From Octopus sinensis (Eukaryota): 64,000 nucleotides of DNA. Location: positions 13,020,001 through 13,084,000 of the forward strand of contig NC_043004.1 in assembly GCF_006345805.1 (NCBI RefSeq). The letters are read 5' to 3'. Under the pieces are notes generated by a model. The model was not told the DNA's origin. It saw only the letters and a list, made by a program, of their open reading frames with translations, and made no database searches. The translations under genes were made by a program, and so were the position numbers. This document shows positions 50,306 through 63,840 of the stretch, one piece after another (position 1 is the first letter of the stretch; each line of letters opens with the position of its first letter).

Positions 50306-50657
50306 TACAGCGTAAAGGGTATACAATTATACATAAGTTCCTCAATGCAAATACGAGACATTCTTATAATACTATGATGACTGCTAGCAGCAAAGGAAAT
50401 ATATAAAAAAAAAAAGCAAAACCAGTGGCTTTAACATTAAGTTTCTGTTTCTTTAAACTTTATATCTGCCTCTATTTACCAAACCTTTACAAACCAGCAC
50501 CGTCTTCTATGTGCAATTCTTTGCAATTTTTCATTTATATCACCATTGTGAAAAACCTTTTACAATAGACAAATAGCTTTCATGATTTTCTAACATATTT
50601 AATACATACATACAAATATACTTACAGCCAGCAAGAACACACTCATATGTATGTGTG

Positions 50658-50705
<48 letters not shown>

Positions 50706-50947
50706 TATATTATAATATATATAATGTGTGTGTGTGTATGTTATACATCTACTTCGTTGCTTCTACAAAATATAAGCACCTGCCTGTGTCAGTGTGTAAA
50801 ACATATAACACTAACACACATATACTTACTTAGCCAATCTCTCTCCCTCTCTCTCCATCACTATCCCTCTCTCTCCATCACAATCCCCACCTCTCTCTCT
50901 CTCTCTTTCACACACTCAGACAGAAGCTCATATACGAGTTTTATGTT

Positions 50948-51097
50948 GATAAAGGCAACACATTCATATGCACACACCCACCGTGCAAACCTACGCATAC
51001 ACACTCGAATGTATACACACACACACAGATATATATACATACACATATATTTATATATACACGTTTATATAAGCATACATATATATATGTATGTATG

Positions 51098-51146
<49 letters not shown>

Positions 51147-51379
51147 AGATAAATATATAGATCTGTATATATGTATGCATGTATAAAGGCAACACATTCA
51201 TATGCACCCACCCACCGTGCAAACCTACGTATACACACTCGAATGTATACACAAACACCCCACCACACACACAGATATATATACATACACATATATTTAT
51301 TATACATATTTATATATTTATATATACATATATATACTTTATATAAACATACATATATATATATATAGTATATATATAT

Positions 51380-51422
<43 letters not shown>

Positions 51423-51600
51423 TATATATATATATTATATATGTATGCATCTATATACATATATATATATAATATTATAAATATATAGATCTGTATATAT
51501 GTATGCATGTATAAGGCAACACATTCATATGCACACACCCACCGTGCTACCCTACGCATACACACTCAAATGTATACACACACACACACTATATATATAA
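50948..51600. repeat. Three-copy tandem repeat (about 100-bp conserved core plus variable (TA)n)
   Basis: AAGGCAACACATTCATATGCAC..CCACCGTGC.AACCTACG.ATACACACTC.AATGTATACACA at about 50950, 51185 and 51512. Confidence 0.9.
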
Positions 51601-52650
51601 TTTATACATATATATTTATATGGACATATTTATATATATATATTATATTATGTATATATATTACGTTATATAAACATATATATATATGTATATGTAATGT
51701 ATGTATATTATAATATATATATATATATATTATATATATTATATTATATATATATATAAATAATATATATATAAAGATTGATAGGTAGATAGATAGGTAA
51801 ATAGATAGGTCTGTATATATGTATGCATGTATAATGGGAAGTAATTAGTATATCAGTAATTCATATATCAAGATATCAATCTATTTATGTCTGCCTGTCT
51901 CTATGCTGGTCTCTATCAGCCCCTCTCTCTGTATATGTGTGTGTATGAGTGTTAAAATACATAAACACACGAAAACACAAACACATATATATACGCAAAC
52001 ACATACATCTCTATGTTGTTATGTGTTTCTGATTGTGACTTTGTGTATACATGTTTCACATGTGCACTTCTATATTTCTGTTTATTGGTGCATCTGCTTA
52101 TCATGTCGGTTTTTCTTAAATTCTTTAAAAATTTTCTATCTTCATTTGAACTCAATCTTCAAATGACAATTTACTAAACAGCGTTTTAATTACACGATTA
52201 AGAGAAACAGCTAATTGTTTCCTTTTGACGACACAATTGTTACTCGGTCCATAATTACTGTCTACTGAATCTGTTATTATATAAATACATATATACTTAA
52301 ATACATAGAATAACACAGCATACATACATACATATATATATATATATAATATATATATATATATATCTATGTAGGTAGGTATATATTCGTATATGTATAT
52401 GTACCCTGCTTTGATTTTCTTCTCTATGAATTGTTTCTCAGTTCTCAGTTAATTGCCACAACCGAATATTAAATATAAGCTATACTTTTCTATGCGCATG
52501 TGCGTGTGTGCGTGTAATTGTGTGTAATTGTGTGTTTGTGTGTAATTGTGTGTGTGTGAGTGTGTATGTGTGTGAGTGAGTGTGTATATTTAAATATAGA
52601 TGGGTCATAATTTACATATTCCTGTTTATATATATGCATGCGTGAGTGTA

Positions 52651-52742
<92 letters not shown>

Positions 52743-53440
52743 AGCACGCATTTATGTATAAATGTTCATACGTATATACATATAAGCATTTTTGTTTTCT
52801 TGTGTACAATGTAGCGTGTAGGAGTAATGCCCCTCAACTTTACATACGATATTGAACATGATGAAAATGGAAAAGATTGTTCATCATATCTTATGCTTGT
52901 TAAACCGGCTAGTCACATGTTGACTCTCGATTTCTAAATCTATGTTCAAAAGCGTCCAAACTTGAACGATCCATTTCGTGTTCAGACACAGTATATCGAG
53001 GACGACATACTCCAATTAGTATCCATTGTTTTCTAAAGCAATAAAATGTATTTGGAGCAATAGCCTGCTGCATCTACAACGATTACCGATAAGATAAACC
53101 TCTTTTGTTGTCACGCGTTTTTCCCGAAGGATATCAATGTTGAATGCAAGATGCAGAACTTAGATGAGCAAGAAGGGAGAATTTTCATTGATCTTTGAGC
53201 AGCATGTGTTTCCGACCTTCTGGCTGTGTTTCAGTGTCAATTTCCGCTGAAAATTATAATGTCTCTCACTTAATTTCTAAGTTGTTTAGATTTTAGTTTT
53301 AATAAGTTGTTTATGTATTTGTCTACCATAAGCTGTCGAAGGAACCAAAGACTATAGAGAATATACCTCGTCCCCACAGACTGAAGAAATTGTAACAAAG
53401 ATTTGGCTTGGGAAATTGTTTCTTAATTATCTTACGAAAA

Positions 53441-54690
53441 GGCGCAGGCATGGACATAATCGCAGGGTTAGCTATAGGCGCGGGCATTGCTATAGACATA
53501 AGCATAGCCAATGGCACAGCATGACCACTGGCACTGCATTGCCACTGGCACAAAATGGCCGCTGTTACAGGTGTGGATATGACCGAAGGCTTGGCTATAG
53601 GCACAGGTATAGCCACCTGTGCAGGCACGATGGATATAGGCTCAGTCACGGCTATATGTGCATGTATGGATATATCGTCGCATGGCTATAAGTCAGGAAT
53701 GAGTTAACGCGGGGGCATCGCTATATGTGCAAGGACGGTAAGAGGCGCGCTCATGGCTATAGGTGGAGGCTGGTTATAGGGGCAGGCATGGTCAGAGCGG
53801 CAGGCATGGCCAAAGGTGTGCACATGGAAATAATTATAGTCATGACTATAGATTATGGGTACAGACAGATCAATAAGCTATAGACGCAAGCAATAGGCTA
53901 TAAGCGCAGTAATGGCTATAGGAGCAAATATGGCCATAGCCACATGCATGGTTACGGGCAGGCTATAATCCATAGGCTTGGCTTAACTATAAGGGCAGAC
54001 ACGACAATAGGCTATATGTGCAAACTTGCTATAGGCTAAACGTATGTCTACAGGCTAAAGGCTATATGCGCAGGTAATATGCTATAGATTATATGCGCAG
54101 GTTATAGACTATAGACTAAAGGCTATATGTAGGGGCTTTAGAGTAAAGAACTAGACATTCCTATAGGTGCAGACATGAAATAGCTATAATAAATAGCAGA
54201 CATGAAATAGCCATGCAGGCATGGCTATAGGCTATAAGTGTAATCATAGCTATATGTATTAGGCTATAAGCTTTAGGTTATAGGTGTAGGTATGACAATA
54301 GGTTAATGTAAAACTACAGGCAATAGGCGCGGACATAACCATAGGCTACAAGCTAGCGGCTATAGGTCATTGGCTATTGGCTATCGATACGAACAATAAT
54401 ACATAGGCTATAGGCGCAGGCATGACTAAGCTATAGGCTATAGGATATAGGTTAGAAGTAAATACTTTAGGCTATAGGCTCTAGCTGCTTGGATAGCTAT
54501 AAGTGCAATCTGTTCAATGGTGTGGGCATGGCTATAGGCAAAAGCAAGGATGTAGGCGCAGGCATGGTATGAGCGCAGGCATAGTAGATAATAGTCGCAG
54601 CTAAGGCGATAGGCTTGGTTATGGCCACAGGCTGTGGCTGTCTATAGGCTCAGACATAGTTATAAGCCCTGGTGTGGGTATAGCGCAAGC
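53441..54690. repeat. Highly degenerate 6/18-bp periodic repeat (consensus near GGCTATAGGCGCAGGCAT)
   Basis: GCTATAG and GGCAT motifs recur in phase over about 1.25 kb. Confidence 0.8.
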
Positions 54691-54774
54691 AGTGATGTTT
54701 GTTAAAGAAGCTTACTTCGCAAGCAACCACTTAGAGTTCAGCCTTGGTAATTTATTTTGAATTTGTGTATGATA

Positions 54775-56065
54775 CGAGGGGCGTTCAATAAGTAATGCCC
54801 CTGACCCACTTCCCATAGCAGTAGAGCAACGAAACTTGGCACAGTTATTAGTCATTTTCTACATAGGAACCACCCAGAGTTACGCATTTCTCCCATCGTT
54901 TGATGCGGCTCTGGAGACCGTTTTTGTAGAAGAACCCAGCTTGGTCCTCCAACCTCAACGTGACTTCAGAAATCAAGGTTGCATCATCTGGGAAACGCTT
55001 TCCTTTCAAAAACAACTTCATGATTGGGAAGAGGTGAAAATCAGAGAGTGCAAGGTCAGGAAAGTAGGGGGGATGGGGAGGAGTTCATAGCCCTACGCCT
55101 GTGCTTCTGATCTGGCGACAAGCGAGTTGTGGACCGGAGCGTTGTCCTGCAGGAGGAGGATGCCTTTGCTGATCTTGCCCCGCCTCTTGATTTTGATAAC
55201 TTCTCTTAATTTCCTCAAAAGTGAAGCATAATAGGCCCCTGCAATTGTGGTACCCTTTGCCAGGAAATCTGTCATCACTACTCCGTCCTGGTCCCAGAAG
55301 ACTGTGAGCATGACCTTGCTAGCGGAGGGCTGTACCCTTGCCTTCTTTGGAGGGGGTGAGTCACGGTGCTTCCACTGCATTGACTGGGCTTTGGTCTCTG
55401 GATCATCGTGATGGACCCAGGTTTCATCATGTGTAATCAGTCTTTTGAAAAATTTTGACTCATCTTCTTGGCACATCTCCAAATTCACCCTCGAGCGCTC
55501 GACGCGTTCTTGCTTCTGGAAAGGCGTGAGCAACCTGGGAATCCATCTGGCAGACACCTTTTGCATATGCAAATGGTCATGAGTGATAGTTTCCACAGAC
55601 CCGGTACTAATCTTGACCTCATGGGCTATTTGGCGAATAATTATGCGTCGGTCTTCCAAAATGGCAGCCCCAACTTGACGGACAGATGCCTCATCAATGG
55701 CAGAAGGGGGCGATCAGATCTGGGAGCTGTTTCCACAGAGTTCCGGCCATGTCTGAATTCACGATGCCAGCGTTTTACAAGGTCATATGATGGGGCATCA
55801 TCACCATAAGTTACTTTCATTTCATCAAAAGTCTCTCGTGGTGTGCGTCCTTTCAAATACAAAAACCGGATCACTGCTCGACACTCAACAGGTTCCATTT
55901 CACACTTGAATCGGTTCAAACACCTGTAAATCAGAAACCACAATTAATTCTGAGCTGTAATTTGCCACTTACTCTATAAAGGTATAAATGATTGCACATG
56001 CGACATTTCAGCTAGATCAAACAACTGCAAGCGGGTCAGAGGCATTAGTTATTGAACGTCCCTCG
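54775..56065 (-). mobile_element. Full-length mariner transposon (1291 bp)
   Basis: TA TSD at 54773-54774 and 56066-56067. 33-bp TIRs (54775-54807, 56033-56065) differ at 3 positions. Confidence 0.95.
54848..55898 (-). pseudogene. Mariner D,D34D transposase pseudogene
   Basis: MEPVECRAVIRFL..., WIPRLL, DETW, QDNAPVH, HPPYFPDLALSDFHLF (34 residues between the 2nd and 3rd D). Frameshifts near 55700 and 55075, and an in-frame TAG at 55093. Confidence 0.93.
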
Positions 56066-56804
56066 TAAGCTTGGGCGTTAGAAGATTTCGTAGAAGGAAA
56101 CTGTGTCTTATTCTGTCAGTTATTTGTGAGTGTGTGTGTGTGTGTGTGTGCGCACGCGTGTGTATGTGAGTATGTTTTTGCATGTGTGTGTCTTTTTGTT
56201 CGTGTTTGCTATCCCCACCATCACATGACAGGGGTTAGTGACAGAATAAGCATTTCAGAAAATAAATAAATACTGCAATCGATTTGTTCGATTTAAGGTT
56301 TTAAGGCGGTATCCCAGTATGGCTGCAATCCATTAAGTAAAACAAGATAAAAGATAAGAGATTTCTTGTTAGTTCGATTGTTACTGTTGCCCAGATGAAT
56401 ATCTTCAAGGATCTATGCTGAATAGATTATATTAGGTAAAGCGTAGGATGTTATTTTAATCTATTATTTGTTGGGTCATTTAGCAGCCACAGAATAAATC
56501 AACAGAGTATAGGAGTAGGAGTGACTGTGTGTGAGTAGCTTGCTTACTTCCGGTTACCCAGAATGCAACACTAGTTGGTCTGGAGTGTTACAGTGAGAAG
56601 ACGCGAATTTTGTCTTCGTGAATAGAAAAAAAGAACAAAATGCTACTTACCATACAGCCACTCTTACGCCTATAATCTGTTGATTTATTCTTACTTGTGG
56701 TTGATGATACTGTTGTCGGTTAACCCTATATAAGACTGATAGAGAGGCCTATGGTTAAAAGAAATCCAGCCATCGGCAGCCCGGATTTTTATTGGTATTT
56801 TCTT

Positions 56805-57200
56805 ATTTCTTTATTGCCCACAAAGAGATAAACATACAGGGTTCAAACAAGGACAGACAAAGGGATTAAGTCTATTATATCGACTCCGGTGCATAACTGG
56901 TACTTAATTTATCGACCCAGAAAGGATGAAAAGCAAATTCGACCTCGGCGGAATTTGAACTCAGAACGCAACGGCAGACGTAATACCTATTCCTTTATTA
57001 CCCATAAGGGGCTAAACATAGAAGGGACAAACAAGGACATACATAGATATGAAGTCGATTACATCGACCCCACTGCGTAACTGATACTTAATTTATCGAC
57101 CCCGAAAGGATGAAAGGCAAAGTCGACCTCGGCGGAATTTGAACTCACAACGTAACGACAGACGAAATACGGCTGCGTATTTCACCCGGCGCGCTTGCCG
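56805..57200 (-). mobile_element. Two SINE family B units in partial tandem
   Basis: Duplicated TTTATTACCCATAAGGGGCTAAACATAGAAGGGACAAACAAGGAC-type tail and ACTTAATTTATCGACCC..GGATGAAA body. Confidence 0.8.
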
Positions 57201-59031
57201 CCTTTTTGGTATTTTCTAGTGCACGTTACCCAATGCCTCCATTTCTTAGTTACGACTATTGCTGTAATTCAAGGCAGATTTCGCTACCAATTTTTGGGAG
57301 GCAGAGCAACTGGTTAGGTGCACCAATTTTTGCTCAGGAGAATTATGTATAATAAAACTATTGAATGTGGTTCGTAACTCGACCCAAAATGCTCTGCTTG
57401 TTCTCAAATGATTCTGAAGATATTGTTATGGTTATCTGCTTCATCATTGTATTGTTATAGCGAAGGATGATATAATTTTAGACGTACGAAGAGAGAACCG
57501 ACAGTAGATTTCGAGCGTGGCAAGGAAATAATTAATTTAGAAGCAGAATTTATCAAATTTAAGACTGCTTGTATGTAGAAAATTGTTTTCTGATTACAGA
57601 TATTGCTGTGAATTGCGTTGTTATTATGGACTATACATTAAGATATGCAGCAAAACGGTGTTGCTTAAATACGGACCCTGGAATAGTTTCAGTTATAAAA
57701 TACGCTTATAATTTGATTCAAGCGACGAGTAGGAAAAGACACGCCGATAAATACAATCAGCAACGATTTGACGGCTGACTAAACAACATGGTTGTGGAGA
57801 GAAATGAAAAGATAAGCAGTTTTCTCAAATCAGAGCTAATTTGGAAAATGTCTTTCATGAAAGACCGAAAAGTCTTTGGTGTCAGGAATTTAATTGTAAA
57901 AGTAAGGGATCCCAATTAGTCGGCTTTCTCTTGTCACTCAGAAATGTTTGTGTTTGACTTGAGTAAATACTCTCCTCTACCCCCTCTCTCTTTCTCTGTA
58001 CATACACACACACACACACACACACAAACACACATACTTATACATATGTGTGTATCTGTATTTGCATGCGCGCGCGTGTGTGTGTGTGTGTGTGCGTGCG
58101 TGCTTACATTCACATAGTCACAGATACACTCTCACATATGTAGCGAAAGAGAGAGAGAGACAGACAAACAGACAGACGTTCGGAGAGAGAGAGAGAAAGA
58201 CACAGAAAGAGAGAGACACAGAGAAAGACAGAGAAAGAAAGAAAGAAAGAGAGAGAAAGAAAGAAAGAAGGGAAGAAAGAAAAAAAGAGAGATGGTGTTG
58301 AAAGTATTAGTATGGACAAAAAGTTAGTTGCATATCTGTAGGTTTGCTTCTCTAAGGAAAGACGCTTGAGTAGCGATAGAGGGTAAGAAATTGCTTTTTA
58401 ATGTGAACTTAAATGAGAAATATATAATTTTTATAACAAGTGCAACAGAAGTAATTATGATAATTATATACATATGACTGCATATAATTGGGTGCAATTA
58501 AATACAATTAGATATGTGTGTGTTTGTGTGTGTGAGAGAGAGAGAGAGATAAACATATGACGGGCTTTGTTCAGTTTCCGTCTTCTACATGCATTCACAA
58601 GGCTATGGTCGGCCGAGACTTTAGGAGTTGACACTGAACCAATTTGCAGTGGAATTGAACCCGCTTCCAATGTGTTTGAGAAGTAAACTTCTCACCATAC
58701 AACTATGTCGGCGCCAATGCATTTAATTATCTAATGACGCGTCAAGGTGTTTCAATTTACGGAACTAAATTACAGTTAAGGGATATAATTTGATGAAAAT
58801 TCAAAATAAATGAATTAATTAGTTTAATCAAACAATAAAATGTTACATGTCACCTTGGTCAAGATTCTTCTTCTATAGTTACGCGTGCGAGCAAAACCTT
58901 GTGGGTGTGTGGAAGACGGAAACTGAATGAAGCCCATGATATATATAAATGTGTGTGTGCGTGCATCACAAGACGGAAAAGTAATGGATATTTTCGGATA
59001 TATATGTAATAATTATATTTTCATACAATGA

Positions 59032-59106
<75 letters not shown>

Positions 59107-59499
59107 ATATATGGGTTTACACTCGGGATCTGCTGTTGATAATATATTCATGTTACTATTAAATAAAATGCTTCAGGTTATACATAGACGTGATATTGAC
59201 ATAATATCGTTGGTCTGGGAAAAGTGAGTATTACATAGAGTTCCATACAAAAGATATAGTTTCCATTTTAAACTACACCTATATGACATGTATGACATGG
59301 AGTCATTCATTTAATACATGAAACACTATACATACAAATTGTTTTTAAAGTGAACTTAAATGAGAAAAATAGAATTTTCATAACAAGTGTAACAGAAGTA
59401 AACGAAATTATGTTAATCATAGATGCATGCCCCTGCATAGTGAAAGCTCATTTAATAAATAATGTACATACTATGCGTACAAAACACTGACGTTTGCAT

Positions 59500-60420
59500 G
59501 ATCAAACTGAAGAACAGGGCTTTGGTTGCCTGATGTTGGGGACATGTTTCCTACTAATTCTGGAGTGCTGATTTCAAAAATGAAATTCATTTTGCTCTAT
59601 CACGTTAAGTTTTTTTTCACAAAATTAGATATCCATTTTTCAAAATTAATTCTATTGTCACCATTTCTAAGGATAGATTTGACTTCCTCAAAAGCGAACC
59701 CATGTATGGAGCTTGACATAAATTTGAAAATATAGTTTTGCAATGTCATTTAAAGTAAATACGACTACAAAATAAAAACAAAAGTCATGATTTAATTATC
59801 TTCAACCAGTTTCAAATGTCATCATGATGATAGATATCTCCTTTAATCAATTAGATGTTAAGAAACAACATATTTTGTGGTCCTTGACACCATACATGTC
59901 TCATATTTGCGGAATTTATCTGCAGATATGCGCACCGTCTGCTTAATTTAGTGTGACTATCATTGCAAACTAGATGAGGCATGTTTTGTTGAAATTATAA
60001 ACAGTTTCTTATGAAAACTTGTATTTTGAATGTACCCTTAATGTTTTAATTGTGAGGTCATATGGGTCAGGTCACTTTTCGTCAAGCATGGTCAAAGAGC
60101 TGTAGAAAGAACTTCATGATAAGTATGTTCTTTATGGAACTTTGTCATCACAAAACTGCATTTGCTTACTTTATAGCTGTTGACTATTCTGAAAATGCTT
60201 TTCCCATGTGACAACTGGCTTGAATATATGTTTTGTGTTTCAGAAATATAGTCAATTGTGGGAGAAGAGAATGTAAGAACAGCCCTGATGTCTTCTGCTT
60301 ATTTCTGGATTAGACAGTGAAATAAAATCACAGATTTTGTGAAGAAAGCTTACCTTACTTCTTTACTTCTTTTAGCATGAAACTGGGTAATAAGACAAGG
60401 CCTTGGTGCCCCATATAGTG
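59500..60420. mobile_element. Decayed DNA-transposon relic, possibly CMC/Chapaev3-like
   Basis: Subterminal-like GGAGTGCTGATTTCAAAAATGAAA, peptide remnants RRECKNSPDVFC (+, about 60263-60298) and SRRCAY.ADKF (-, about 59910-59945), and a ...ATAGTG end at 60420. Recalled resemblance only. Confidence 0.35.
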
Positions 60421-60640
60421 TGCAAAACATGAGCTGAAACAGTAACTGTTTCAAATGTTTAAGCAGAAAGTTTCCAGTTTTGTCTTGTGAGAAAATTAAG
60501 GTTGGTATGTTTGATGAACCACATAATTGGTGGCTATTTCAGGACAAACTATTTTTGGAGACCATGTCCGTCATTGAAAAAGAATCACGGGATACTTTTG
60601 TTGCAGTTGTATCTGATTTTCTGGGAAACAGGAAGTTATC

Positions 60641-60952
60641 AAATTAACGTGCAAGTGGCTGAGCACTCCACAGACACATGTACACTTAACGTCGTTCTCA
60701 GTAACATTCAGCGTGACACAGAGTGTGACAAGACTGGCCCTTTGAAATACATGTACAAAAGAAACAGGAAGAAACGGTGAGAAAAAGTTGTGGTGAAGTT
60801 GTGGAGTACAACAGGGGTCACCATCACCTCCTGCCAGAGCCGCATGGAGCTTTAGGTGTTTTCGTTCAATAAACCCTCACAACGCTCAGCTTGGGAATCG
60901 AAACCGTGATCCTACGACCACGAGTCCGCTACCCTAACCATTGGGCCTCCAC
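60641..60952 (-). mobile_element. SINE family C, 3'-truncated
   Basis: Reverse complement of 8527-8830. Confidence 0.8.
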
Positions 60953-62592
60953 AAACATACGAGTATACATAAATATATAGATGTACACAACAAACAAATA
61001 TTTATACATACGCATACATACACACGCTTACTCACTCCCAATCAATGTGCGTATGTGTGTTTGTCTATATCTGTTTAGATGTCCCTGAATATTCATACAC
61101 GTATATACGTATGCTTTACAGTGATGTAGACATAAATTATCCATCAAGACACGTTACATTGTAAACCTGACTGTAACATAAAATCGATTATTGAAACTTT
61201 AGAAAACCAGTTTCGAATGTGGCCACGTTTCAAAAGCTTCTAACACATTAAAGAAACTTACGATCTAAATAGACCTCGTCAAGTATACCTTATGTAACTT
61301 CTTGTTTTAAATGTGAACCGATTGTTAGTCACACTCGAAGCTATTTAATGTCCCATTAGAAGATCGATATATTTTCAAAGTTCAATATATTTCAAAGGAA
61401 TATTTTTTTTTCTTTTTATGTTCAAGACAATATTACCGAATATATTTTAACGTTATGCTTTTAGTTTTTAAGGATGATAGAGCGTGATCTGCTGAAGATA
61501 TAGCTTCTATTTCTTGCATATCAAACGATCACAGAGAGGTTTCTTTGTATTTTCCTAGTTGTTCAAATTTAGTATGATGAGACAACTATGGACTCTTTTA
61601 CTCTTTTACTTGTTTCAGTCATTTGACTGCGGCCATGCTGGAGCACCGCCTTTAGTCGAGCAGAGTGTCAGAAGAATTAAGGAGGGCGAAAAAAATGACA
61701 GGGATACAGTGAAGTGAACAGTGGAGGGAAAGTGAGCAAGAAGAGAAGACAAAGAAATATGAGAGGGGGGAACAAAAGAACGAAGAGTGGAATGGACGAA
61801 TAAGCGTGAAATGGTTGATAGATAGAAATAGAGTCGTACAAGATTTAGAAAAATGTATACTTACATATAAGAGACCAAAGTGTACGTACGCCGCTGTATA
61901 TAATTATATAAAATACTAAATGGGTAACAAAACATCCAGATAGACGATTCAAAGAAAACAAAGAGGCTCATTCGAAGTTTTCTCTCCTCAGTCAAGCACC
62001 AGATTTTCCTCGCAATTTCGGCTGATTATACTTGAGATTGCTACAATCTGGCCAGCCCCAAGGAAAAACAAAGCTAAGAGCATTATATTTCTTGGAAGAA
62101 AGCAGCAAATGTATACAAAAGCAAGGAGGAAAAAAAACGGATAATGTTACACAAATACAAATACAATAAAAATAATAACAGGACATAACAACAGGTGTCT
62201 TTCGACTAAGGACTTAAATTGAATTCAGCTGGCGCGTGTGGAAGTGAGGCCTTACGGCAGAGATATAAAAGTTTCACAAACACAGTGAAGAATATCGATG
62301 TTGCATGAACAAGGTTCAGACAAAGAAAGAAAGAGCAGGCTGGCCGATCGCTCACGTGGGAAGAGAAGAGAGAGAAGTAGAAGCAGAGGGACAGAAAAAT
62401 TAAGGAGGGGCGAGAAAAAATGACAGAGACACAGTGAAGTGAAAAGTGGAGGGAAAGTGAGCAAGAAAAGAAGGCAAAGAAATGTCTGGGAGTGGGAACG
62501 AAAGAACGAAGAGTGGAATGAACAAATAAGCGGGAAAGGGATGATATATATATATATGTGTGTGTGTGTGTATGTATATGTATATATATATA

Positions 62593-62632
<40 letters not shown>

Positions 62633-62821
62633 ATATATATACATATATATATATTTATATGTATGTATGTATGTATGTATATGTTTGTGTCTGCGTTTGT
62701 CACCCCACCATCGCTTTACAATCGATGATGGTGTGTTATTTCTTCAACTAGTATTGCCGCAGTCAAACGACTGAAACAAAAGAAAGAGTGAAAGCATACA
62801 TACATACATATATATATATAT

Positions 62822-62901
<80 letters not shown>

Positions 62902-62905
62902 GTAC

Positions 62906-62938
<33 letters not shown>

Positions 62939-62953
62939 CATACACACACACAC

Positions 62954-63000
<47 letters not shown>

Positions 63001-63006
<6 letters not shown>

Positions 63007-63335
63007 GGTAAAGACCCCCTTCGGTTATGAGTGACCATGGGTTTGCACCTAGAGAGTTACCCTCTGAGGCACAAGTCTAGGCAAGGTTGTTTTATGGAAG
63101 ACCAGTAGTCGCCCATGCATACCGGCCTCCCCTCTCCACGCCACCAGTGTTATCCAAGGGAAGACAAAGGTCGATACAGCTTGGCACCTGTGACGTCGCA
63201 ACTCATTTCTACAGCTGAGTGAACTGGAGCAACGTGAAATAAAGTGTCTTGCTCAAGAACACAACACGCAGCCCGTCCGGGATTCGAGCTCACAACCTCA
63301 CGATCGTAAGCTCGACGCTCTAACCACTGAGCCAT
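63001..63335 (-). mobile_element. CORE-like tRNA SINE family D, copy 1
   Basis: Minus strand: A box TGGCTCAGTGG, B-box-like GAGCTCGAATCCC, CORE-like TGTTCTTGAGCAAGACACTTTATTTCACGTTGCTCCAGTTCACTCAGCTGTAGAAATGAG. Confidence 0.8.
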
Positions 63336-63368
63336 ATATAATATATACATACACACACACACATATAT

Positions 63369-63405
<37 letters not shown>

Positions 63406-63411
<6 letters not shown>

Positions 63412-63740
63412 GGTAAAGACCCCCTTCGGTCATGAGTGACCATGGGTTTGCACCTAGAGAGTTACCCTCTGAGGCACAAGTCTGGGCAAGGTTGTTTTAT
63501 GGAAGACCAGTAGTCGCCCATGCATACCGGCCTCCCCTCTCCACGCCACCAGTGTTATCCAAGGGAAAGACAAAGGTCGATACAGCTTGGCACCTGTGAC
63601 GTCGCAACTCATTTCTACAGCTGAGTGAACTGGAGCAACGTGAAATAAAGTGTCTTGCTCAAGAACACAACACGCAGCCCGGTCCGGGATTCGAGCTCAC
63701 AACCTCACGATCGTAAGCTCGACGCTCTAACCACTGAGCC

Positions 63741-63742
<2 letters not shown>
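63406..63742 (-). mobile_element. CORE-like tRNA SINE family D, copy 2 (tandem)
   Basis: Differs from copy 1 by 2 substitutions and 2 single-base indels (counted by eye). Confidence 0.8.
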
Positions 63743-63772
<30 letters not shown>

Positions 63773-63840
63773 ATGTATATATATCTATATGTGTGTGTGT
63801 ATGTATATACATACACATATATATATATATGTGTGTGTGT

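Noticed and set aside
56511-56674. Two short SINE-A head fragments in inverted orientation around a 90-bp spacer with a small hairpin
   Set aside because: Short and diverged; explainable as independent truncated SINEs, with no TSD or TIR definition.
62190-62230. Minus-strand GTCGAAA with a weak hairpin resembling a hammerhead half
   Set aside because: No CUGANGA-like core and no stem I pairing.
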